DNA from: an uncultured Candidatus Saccharibacteria bacterium
GTDB lineage: Bacteria; Patescibacteriota; Minisyncoccia; Phycocordibacterales; UBA918
Reading direction: 5' to 3'
NCBI GenBank assembly: GCA_964469295.1
Contig: CAYXYJ010000006.1
Coordinates: 4,682-68,681 of the forward strand
Length of the DNA stretch: 64,000 bases
The position numbers and the translations under genes were made by a program. Below the pieces are notes generated by a model. It did not search any database. It saw nothing but the letters and a program-made list of their open reading frames with translations, and was not told the origin of the DNA. Below, one piece after another: positions 57,385-64,000 of this stretch. Positions within the stretch are counted from its first letter, which is position 1. Each line of letters opens with the position of its first letter.

Positions 57385-57781
57385 TGGTGGAGATGGGGAG
57401 AATTGAACCCCCGTCCGAATCATGGTGTCCGCGTGACTCTACAGTGCGTAGACTTCTTTTTGATTTAAACAATTGACCTAGAAAAAAGACAAAACAGTCA
57501 ATCATCGAGTTTTAAGAAATTCAGTTCCTTATGAAAACGACACAAGAAACCAGAGCTTCATGGCTATTTCACCCGCATCCCGTATGAAGCCTCGGGGAAG
57601 CGAGCGTCGCAGCGGCGAGCGTAAGGTTACGCTACAGCGGGTGCGAATCCAAACGCGTTCGCGTAAGGACTTGGTACGCTATTCTTTGCACGTACAGGTA
57701 CCTGAGTTTTTCTAAGTGATCTCAGGCGGCACTTACACTGCACACGGGGACGACGCATAACCGTCGATGCCTAGCATCCCC
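57385..57781 (-). ncRNA. ssrA: transfer-messenger RNA (tmRNA, SsrA), ~397 nt, CCA encoded
   Basis: minus-strand reads 5'-GGGGATGCTAGGCATCGACGG...GGACGGGGGTTCAATTCTCCCCATCTCCACCA-3' (tRNA-like acceptor/T-arm); internal tag frame GCAAAGAAT...GCACCCGCTGTAGCGTAA = (AKNSVPSPY)ANAFGFAPAVA*. Confidence 0.85.
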
Positions 57782-57913
57782 ACTCAATATGCAAATCATT
57801 TGCATTATTCCATAGTGAGTAGGAACGGCGTCATGTAGTGATGACGCGCGCATGGGGAGAATCTTTCGAAAATATAAGCAAAGGTGGCAGACGGCCTTAC
57901 GGCCGTCTGCTTG

Positions 57914-58270
57914 TCACTGGCGCAACGGGTGACAACTATCGACTCCGAAGTCAGCTCCGCGCGGCACCGCTCGGGGTTGGATGATTCCGATGTCGTCCGC
58001 GGTAATTTCCTCATGTTTCTTCGTCGGAGCTTCCGCGGCACTCAGGTACTCTCTGAGTGCTTTCTGGTTAATGTTTCCATCTACCAGAATACCTTCGCGA
58101 TGAAGTCTCAGCCTGTCTGCATCAGTCAGGCTTGCAACACCAGATTGACCCATGAGGTGAAGCCAGTGATAGGCGTCGCAATTTCCGTCAATTCCATACA
58201 CACTTTTCTCCCTTTTTACAGTTACTAATTTCAGTCCAGATAGATGGGTGGGTGGGCGAATGAACGCCAA
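57914..58270 (-). CDS. hypothetical protein (start uncertain: 58270 or internal Met at 58153)
   Basis: ORF between tmRNA and the IR-flanked ORF; N-terminal coding region overlaps the left IR. Confidence 0.35.
   Translation of the reverse strand: MAFIRPPTHLSGLKLVTVKREKSVYGIDGNCDAYHWLHLMGQSGVASLTDADRLRLHREGILVDGNINQKALREYLSAAEAPTKKHEEITADDIGIIQPRAVPRGADFGVDSCHPLRQ
58223..58248. repeat. left arm of a perfect 26-bp inverted repeat (tactaatttcagtccagatagatggg)
   Basis: exact reverse complement of 58608-58633. Confidence 0.9.
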
Positions 58271-58281
58271 CCCACAGTTCG

Positions 58282-58563
58282 TCAGTCGGATTCGAGCCAG
58301 GCTTCAACCCAGGTCTTGAGGGCTTCAATCGGATCCTCGTCATCTTCTGGGGCCCTTTTGATGACGAGGAGGACGTCAACAAAAAACTCTCGTTTCTCTC
58401 GCCCTTTTTCTTGGTACCGCTCGAGCACCAGGTCGAGGTCTGCGGCAATGGTGAGAGTTTCCTCATCAACAAGCAGTCCGCCGAGCGCGCTTGGGAGCTC
58501 GATGAGGTCTTTCCCGCGTTCTTGACCGCGGATAATTTCGATTACGGTCGCTATTTCGACCAT
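58282..58563 (-). CDS. hypothetical acidic protein (93 aa) bracketed by the 26-bp inverted repeats
   Basis: MVEIATVIEIIRGQERGKDLIELPSALGG...; sits upstream of the 57914 ORF; could be an antitoxin-like partner (speculative). Confidence 0.4.
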   Translation of the reverse strand: MVEIATVIEIIRGQERGKDLIELPSALGGLLVDEETLTIAADLDLVLERYQEKGREKREFFVDVLLVIKRAPEDDEDPIEALKTWVEAWLESD

Positions 58564-58607
58564 CTGTCTCTCTCCTGTTTGTGTCTGATGGGTCTTGTTA
58601 TCATGTG

Positions 58608-58633
58608 CCCATCTATCTGGACTGAAATTAGTA
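58608..58633. repeat. right arm of the 26-bp inverted repeat; overlaps the last two codons and the stop of smpB
   Basis: cccatctatctggactgaaattagta; smpB TAA (58628-58630) lies inside the repeat. Confidence 0.9.
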
Positions 58634-59074
58634 TTGTGATTTTAAGGTACGATCAATGTCTCGTTTCACGTCGCGCTCTTTGATGCTCTCACGCTTGTCA
58701 GCTTTCTTTTTGCCGCGTGCGATTCCAATCGAAATCTTGATATTCCGTCCACTATTGTACAATGATAACGGGACACACGTCAACCCCTGCCGTTCCGTTT
58801 TCAATTCGATAGTTGCAAGTTCTTTTGGTTTTAATAATAGTTTGCGAGCCCGTTCCGAATCGTATGATTTGGCGGTGTTAATTGGCTGCCATGCCGGTAC
58901 GCTTGTCCCAACCAAAAAAGCCTCTTTTCCGCGTACTTTAATATATCCACCATCAATCTTTACCCGCCCTTGTCGGATTGATTTCACTTCCGTACCGAGC
59001 AGCACCAAACCTGCCTCGAAAGTTTCGAGGATTTCGTAATCGAAATGGGCGCGTTTGTTGGTGGCGTAGCTCAT
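58628..59074 (-). CDS. smpB: SsrA-binding protein SmpB
   Basis: 148 aa, MSYATNKRAHFDYEILETFEAGLVLLGTEVKSIRQGRVKIDGGYIKV... Confidence 0.9.
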   Translation of the reverse strand: MSYATNKRAHFDYEILETFEAGLVLLGTEVKSIRQGRVKIDGGYIKVRGKEAFLVGTSVPAWQPINTAKSYDSERARKLLLKPKELATIELKTERQGLTCVPLSLYNSGRNIKISIGIARGKKKADKRESIKERDVKRDIDRTLKSQY

Positions 59075-59195
59075 ATATATGTACGTCGTTACTATACCGC
59101 GACAATCGGGAAAAGGTAAGGGAAAGCGGGCGGGCGAAGCCCGCCCGCCAATAACATCTCGCTATTTAACCGAGTTTCTGTATAATGGCAACACT

Positions 59196-61223
59196 ATGTC
59201 TGAATTAGAAAAGAATCAACCAGATACCGAAGAAACAACCAGTGGTGAACCGGCATCACAACCACCAAAAATCAAAAAAACCTCCCGCGAGAAAATTACT
59301 ACCCTGCGTAAGCAGGTACCGGTCGGGCCGGGTAATTTCTGGAACAATATCCTCTCGACCGTATTGTTCCTGATTTTAATTATGGCCGCCTTTTCGTATC
59401 TGACCGATCATCAATCAAAACCTGAAGAACTTACGTTATCGCAAGTGGTTGAGCAGGTTAAAAAAGGTGAAGTCAAAGAAATCGTTGTGCGAGGAAGTGA
59501 CCTAGAGGTAACCTATAAAGATGAGTCTCGCACTCGCGGTGAAGCGAAGCGCGAAACTGACGCTGCTGTCTCTGAAACCCTTACCAACCTCGGAGTCACT
59601 GGCGAACAATTAGCGGCGGTCACGATTGATGTCCAGCGCGAAACAGGCTTTATGTACTGGCTCGGAGTATTTTCGCCAATTCTCATTCCGCTACTATTTC
59701 TTGGCGTTCTCTTGTGGTTTTTGACTCGATCAGTAAAAGGTGCGGGGATGCAAGCCTTAAGTTTTGGTAACAGCAAGGCCCGTATGATTGACCCGAATGA
59801 CACCAGTAAAAAAGTGACATTCAAGGATGTGGCTGGGGCCAAAGAAGCGAAACAAGAACTGGAAGAAATTGTTGATTTCTTAAAAAATCCTAAAAAATTC
59901 ATTGATATTGGCGCCGAGATTCCGAAAGGTGTCATGATGATGGGAGCACCCGGAACGGGGAAAACATTACTGGCGCGCGCGGTTGCGGGTGAAGCCGGAG
60001 TCCCGTTCTTTTCGATTTCTGGTTCGGAGTTCGTTGAAATGTTTGTGGGGGTGGGTGCGTCGCGAGTACGTGACCTATTCCAAATGGCCAAGAAAAATGC
60101 GCCCGCGATTATCTTTGTTGATGAAATTGACGCGGTCGGTCGGGTGCGTGGTACTGGTATGGGCGGTGGAAATGATGAGCGTGAACAAACGCTTAACCAG
60201 ATTTTGGTAGAAATGGATGGCTTTGAGCCAAATGCCAAGGTAATTGTGATGGCGGCGACTAACCGTCCGGATGTGCTTGATCCGGCATTGTTGCGTCCGG
60301 GTCGTTTTGATCGACGGGTGACGATTGATTTACCGGATCGTAAAGACCGGCGAGAAATTCTCGGAGTACACGCTCGTAAAAAAGCTTTGGCTGAAGATGT
60401 AAATTTAGAAATCATCGCGCAACGCACACCAGGATTTTCTGGTGCCGAGTTGGCCTCACTCATGAATGAGGCAGCGATTTTGGCAGCCCGTGAAGGGCGG
60501 AAAACACTCAGTCAATTTGATATCATTCGTTCAATTGAAAAAGTAATGTTAGGTCCAGAACGAAAGAGTCATGTTATGAGTAAACGGGAACGACTCGTTA
60601 CGGCATATCACGAAGTTGGCCACGCGTTGGTGGCGTCGGTACTTGAATATGCTGACCCAGTCCAAAAGATTTCGGTCATCTCACGCGGACGGGCAGCGGG
60701 ATACACCTTAAAGTTACCGGACGAAGATCGAAAAATGCATACGAAGAAAGAATTCCTGGATGATATTGCGATGACCCTTGGCGGGTATGTGGTAGAAGAA
60801 ATGGTCTTTCAAGATTTATCTACTGGTCCAAGTAACGATTTACAAGTCGTTGCGAATTTGGCTCGTGATATGGTTACTAAATATGGTATGAGCGACACTC
60901 TTGGTCCGGTCGCGTTTGAAGGTACTGGCGGTCGGTTGATTGGCGGTGGAGTGAGTGAAGATCGTGGTTATTCACCACAAGTGGCCAAAGCGATTGACGA
61001 TGAAGTGACTCGCATCATTGAAGAGGGTAAAGTGCGGGCGCGAGAAGTGCTTACCAAATATCGTGCGGCCTTGGATTCAATTTCTCATAAATTAGCCGAA
61101 GTGGAAACGCTTGAACGAGATGAATATGAGGCGTTGCTCAAAGAAGCGGGAGTGCCGATTAATGATGTGTACGAAAAACGACGACGTGAGGACGAAGCAG
61201 ATCCATCAAGTGTATTAGAGTAG
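59196..61223 (+). CDS. ftsH: ATP-dependent zinc metalloprotease FtsH
   Basis: MSELEKNQ... two TM helices, AAA module [34 protein letters not shown] zinc site; TATAAT at 59181-59186 just upstream; start inside the 59079 ORF. Confidence 0.92.
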   Translation: MSELEKNQPDTEETTSGEPASQPPKIKKTSREKITTLRKQVPVGPGNFWNNILSTVLFLILIMAAFSYLTDHQSKPEELTLSQVVEQVKKGEVKEIVVRGSDLEVTYKDESRTRGEAKRETDAAVSETLTNLGVTGEQLAAVTIDVQRETGFMYWLGVFSPILIPLLFLGVLLWFLTRSVKGAGMQALSFGNSKARMIDPNDTSKKVTFKDVAGAKEAKQELEEIVDFLKNPKKFIDIGAEIPKGVMMMGAPGTGKTLLARAVAGEAGVPFFSISGSEFVEMFVGVGASRVRDLFQMAKKNAPAIIFVDEIDAVGRVRGTGMGGGNDEREQTLNQILVEMDGFEPNAKVIVMAATNRPDVLDPALLRPGRFDRRVTIDLPDRKDRREILGVHARKKALAEDVNLEIIAQRTPGFSGAELASLMNEAAILAAREGRKTLSQFDIIRSIEKVMLGPERKSHVMSKRERLVTAYHEVGHALVASVLEYADPVQKISVISRGRAAGYTLKLPDEDRKMHTKKEFLDDIAMTLGGYVVEEMVFQDLSTGPSNDLQVVANLARDMVTKYGMSDTLGPVAFEGTGGRLIGGGVSEDRGYSPQVAKAIDDEVTRIIEEGKVRAREVLTKYRAALDSISHKLAEVETLERDEYEALLKEAGVPINDVYEKRRREDEADPSSVLE

Positions 61224-61236
61224 TACTACCACGACA

Positions 61237-61276
61237 GAAACCGACGCGAGCTACGCTCGCGTCGGTTTCGTTTGTG
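61237..61276 (+). terminator. intrinsic terminator after ftsH
   Basis: gaaaccgacgcgagc tac gctcgcgtcggtttc + gtttgtg. Confidence 0.75.
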
Positions 61277-61303
61277 ATACAATTTTTGCATACGCAAAAT
61301 AAT

Positions 61304-62824
61304 ATGAAAATATCTTTTTTGGTAGCGATTATGATTTGTCTGCCGATGGTGGCGGATGCGCAACTGTTTGATCGCGATTTGCAACCTGGTGATTCGGGAA
61401 TGGCAGTGAGAGAACTGCAAAAAGTATTAAATAAGGACACTGAAACGCAGGTTGCTCTTTCTGGTCCGGGTGTGCCAGGTAGCGAGACTGAATATTTTGG
61501 TCCGGCGACCAAACAGGCGGTGATTCGTTTTCAGGAAAAATATCGAACAGAGATACTTGAGCCAATTAAACTCACAACCGGTACTGGTTATGTGGGCAGA
61601 CTGACACGATTGCTATTAGAACGTTTGGCCGAAGATCTGGGAACGCCAGTATCAACTAGTACTGTGGTAGCACAAAACACCGAAACTACTACAGTACTAT
61701 TTGATGCGATAACTGAACTGAGTCCAGCGCTGACGGAAAAATCATTTACCGTGATCAACGAAATGCCAACTGCCAGTCAGGGTGGACTCGGTTGTGTGAT
61801 CTCATATACAAACCAGTCGAGCAAGAGCACCACCATTACCGGACAGGCGGTGGCGCGTGCGCAGCAAAAGGACGGAAAGTGGACACTGGGTGAATTGTAT
61901 CTCTTTAATAATTTTTGCCAAAAAGGCCAGCTACGAAATCAAAAGGCGGGAGTCGTGTTGCATGTAACTGAAAACGGTAAACAGCAGAAAATGGTTTATC
62001 TTGGTCCTAATCGTATTAATTTGGCTTTTCGATCTGCGGAAATATGGAAATCATATTTCGGTGGCTATTATTTCCGCGACCCGAAGCGTACTGGAGATGC
62101 GCAGATTCCACGTTGGCCGATGATGCTCTTCGGACGACGGTTGGATGAGTATACGACGTTATCGAGCTATAACAAATTGATTCTTTCGCTCGAGGTGACA
62201 CCTCGGGTTGTCAATTCAACACAGAAAAATGTGAAAGGCACTGCTCCGACTGGAGCAGTGACTACCTATAGTGAACGAAATCACGCTGCTCGCTTTCGCA
62301 TGAATTTGCCAGTGCAGTGGCGTTCTTCGGCGTGTGACACGGCCGCAAAACGTTTTGCAGAACCAAAATTATGCGCTCCCTACGGTCGTATTCTATGGAT
62401 TACGCTCCAACTGATGGATGACCGTCCGAATTTAGCTTTTCGTAATGAAGGTGAGACGATTTTTGATGAAGGTTCTGGTGAATATATTATGCAAATTGAT
62501 ATGCGTGAATATATCCAAAACGGCAAAAAATTGACCACCAATCCATTTTTTGATGTTGGTAAAACCACTTCATTACAAGGAGATGTGCTGCCGGCATTAA
62601 AACGCGCGGTCTTGAAAGCAGAAGCCAAAGGTATGGCGGAAGGTGATGAGGCTAAATATATTGCTCCGCGGTTAACCGTGAACGGTCGTAAGGAAACGGA
62701 TGCTGAATATCTGGCACACTTTGGTCTTAATTCAATCAATATCGGCTACGAAACGACTGGTTTGTCCCATTTGAATTACGAGATTTCAAAATATAATCTG
62801 GTTGGGGTGAAAGTGCAACAATAA
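61304..62824 (+). CDS. secreted protein with N-terminal peptidoglycan-binding (PG_binding_1-like) domain and large uncharacterised C-terminal domain
   Basis: signal peptide MKISFLVAIMICLPMVADA; LQPGDSGMAVRELQKVLN...YFGPATKQAVIRFQEKY matches PGBD pattern. Confidence 0.6.
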   Translation: MKISFLVAIMICLPMVADAQLFDRDLQPGDSGMAVRELQKVLNKDTETQVALSGPGVPGSETEYFGPATKQAVIRFQEKYRTEILEPIKLTTGTGYVGRLTRLLLERLAEDLGTPVSTSTVVAQNTETTTVLFDAITELSPALTEKSFTVINEMPTASQGGLGCVISYTNQSSKSTTITGQAVARAQQKDGKWTLGELYLFNNFCQKGQLRNQKAGVVLHVTENGKQQKMVYLGPNRINLAFRSAEIWKSYFGGYYFRDPKRTGDAQIPRWPMMLFGRRLDEYTTLSSYNKLILSLEVTPRVVNSTQKNVKGTAPTGAVTTYSERNHAARFRMNLPVQWRSSACDTAAKRFAEPKLCAPYGRILWITLQLMDDRPNLAFRNEGETIFDEGSGEYIMQIDMREYIQNGKKLTTNPFFDVGKTTSLQGDVLPALKRAVLKAEAKGMAEGDEAKYIAPRLTVNGRKETDAEYLAHFGLNSINIGYETTGLSHLNYEISKYNLVGVKVQQ

Positions 62825-62847
62825 GTAGGAATCTTTCTATAGTCTTG

Positions 62848-62921
62848 TCCGTGTGCCTGGACTCGAACCAGGGGCCACAGAGGTATAAGCTCTGCGCTCT
62901 AACCAACTGAGCTACACACGG
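62848..62921 (-). tRNA. tRNA with anticodon UAU (AUA-reading tRNA-Ile-like), 74 nt, no encoded CCA
   Basis: minus strand: CCGTGTG-TA-GCTC-AGTTGGTTA-GAGC-G-CAGAG-CTTATAC-CTCTG-TGGCC-CCTGG-TTCGAGT-CCAGG-CACACGG-A; perfect 7/4/5/5-bp stems, U33, A37, A73. Confidence 0.75.
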
Positions 62922-62998
62922 ATGGTTGTTGCCTACTATACCGCGAATTTCACTTTGACTCAATTCATGTATACTGAGGAGAGAAAGGAGTATGCCCC

Positions 62999-63232
62999 AT
63001 GAAGGACAGGTATGTTTCGACGGCGATGGCAACGGTATTGCTGTGGGTGACTGCCCAGCGACCATTTGCCCAGGTGTCTTTGATACCAGTCTGGCAATTT
63101 TATTTGTACAATATGCTCATCGTTGTGTTCATATATGAACACGTTGATCCGATAACGAAAAAAATCATTGGCTATAGCGTTGGTCCAGATGAATGGCCAC
63201 GTGATCCTGATTATTTTGATGGGTACTATTGA
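62999..63232 (+). CDS. small secreted hypothetical protein (77 aa)
   Basis: strong SD (aaggag, 8 nt before ATG), signal-peptide-like N-terminus, followed by terminator. Confidence 0.45.
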   Translation: MKDRYVSTAMATVLLWVTAQRPFAQVSLIPVWQFYLYNMLIVVFIYEHVDPITKKIIGYSVGPDEWPRDPDYFDGYY

Positions 63233-63235
63233 ATG

Positions 63236-63273
63236 AAAAAGGCGGTGGGGTTTTATACCCCACCGCCTTTTCA
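63236..63273. terminator. bidirectional terminator
   Basis: aaaaaggcggtggggt ... accccaccgcctttt. Confidence 0.75.
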
Positions 63274-63280
63274 AAACATG

Positions 63281-63910
63281 TTAAATTTCGACTACCATGT
63301 CAGGTAGTGGTTTCCGTACTTTGGCATAGTGTTGCCAGGCGTCATCCGGATGTCGATAGCCAAGCGCTAGAGCAACGGTCGCATGTAAGTGTTTCTGGTC
63401 GAGATGCAGAAGCTCGTTAAATTTTTCGACTGAAAAGCCGGTCATGGCGTGGTTGTCGATATGTAGTTCCGATGCGGCTACCATCATGGTGCCAAGTGCG
63501 ATGAACGCTTGTTCTTTCGACCAGGCGAGGCGTGCTTCTGGTGTCCGGTTCAATAAGTCGCCAGTCATGGTTGCTTCAAACCCGGCCAGGGTGCCGGCCG
63601 GAAGTTGTCGGGTCGTCTCGGTACGGGTGACAAATTCATGGATGTAGGCTTCGTCGATATCGGTACGAGCGGCTAAAATTATGAGGACGCTGTTTTTGGC
63701 AAAATGTTCTTGGCCATACGCGTGTTCGACTAACGAATCTCGTACGGCTTGGTCTTTTACCACCACGAGCGCAAACGGTTGCAGGCCGTATGCTGTCGCG
63801 GCGAGATTTCCTGCAGATAAAATTGTTTCTAAATCTGACGGAGAGATTTCTTTGCTCGTATCAAACTGTTGTGTAGCGTAACGCCACTGTAAATTTTCGA
63901 TAATTGACAT
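63281..63910 (-). CDS. nitroreductase-family NAD(P)H oxidoreductase
   Basis: 209 aa; N-terminal RYATQQFDTSKEISPSDLETILSAGNLAATAYGLQPF and overall pattern of the nitroreductase fold. Confidence 0.75.
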   Translation of the reverse strand: MSIIENLQWRYATQQFDTSKEISPSDLETILSAGNLAATAYGLQPFALVVVKDQAVRDSLVEHAYGQEHFAKNSVLIILAARTDIDEAYIHEFVTRTETTRQLPAGTLAGFEATMTGDLLNRTPEARLAWSKEQAFIALGTMMVAASELHIDNHAMTGFSVEKFNELLHLDQKHLHATVALALGYRHPDDAWQHYAKVRKPLPDMVVEI

Positions 63911-64000
63911 AGATATGCATTATACCCCTGTGGGGTATAAGTGCAAGTGGTCGATTATTCCATATGAAGCGTTGCGCCGATTTTGGCGACCCGATCGGCA

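Noticed and set aside
59513-60463. 316-aa minus-strand ORF inside ftsH
   Set aside because: It is antisense to ftsH.
1-64000. CRISPR arrays, rRNA genes, IS elements and integrases
   Set aside because: No spaced direct-repeat arrays, no rRNA-like segments and no transposase/integrase-like ORFs were seen. Only one tRNA-like T-loop, at 62858, was found.

Overview
This window reads as a gene-dense chromosomal segment of a small-genome bacterium, and several traits point to a Patescibacteria/CPR-like lineage (inference only). Those traits are: no L30 gene between rpsE and rplO, a 61-aa Zn-type S14, short intergenic spacers, many signal-peptide proteins with repeat motifs, and a phosphoketolase/acetate-kinase pair. 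The window opens with tpiA(partial)-pgk, a HIT hydrolase, recJ, rnhA, and a ComEC split in two by an oppositely oriented Fe/Mn superoxide dismutase gene. After rpmB and an M50 protease comes the universal ribosomal-protein supercluster, rpsL-rpsG ... fusA ... tuf-rpsJ ... rplCDWB ... rpsS-rplV-rpsC-rplP-rpmC-rpsQ-rplNXE ... rpsN(Z)-rpsH-rplF-rplR-rpsE-rplO-secY-adk-map. Unusually, this cluster is broken at five places by accessory DNA. The five pieces are: a 9.5-kb block (GH15-like hydrolase, ABC-F ATPase, META-domain protein, NrtR-like regulator, GFA protein, gdhA); a secreted W-rich repeat protein between fusA and tuf; a terminator and promoter between rpsJ and rplC; a secreted protein between rplB and rpsS; and a ~63% GC secreted-protein gene on the opposite strand between rplE and rpsN. 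Each break is bounded by very long perfect terminator hairpins, and four of the five segments appear to have their own promoter of the form TTGCAA-N16-TAnnAT. Downstream are nucleotide-kinase paralogs, ndk, a beta-CASP MBL ribonuclease, rplT-rpmI-infC with a long structured leader, a SET-domain protein, xfp-ackA, a cohesin+dockerin surface protein, a tmRNA gene, smpB, ftsH, a PG-binding protein, a tRNA with anticodon UAU, and a nitroreductase. The most striking unexplained structures are three. First, a perfect 26-bp inverted-repeat pair brackets a small ORF wedged between smpB and ssrA, and a high-GC gene block abuts the tmRNA 3' end. Second, a ~600-bp GC-rich, hairpin-dense non-coding region lies upstream of comEC. 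Third, the ribosomal supercluster is repeatedly interrupted by secreted-protein genes. No CRISPR array, rRNA or transposase/integrase was recognised.
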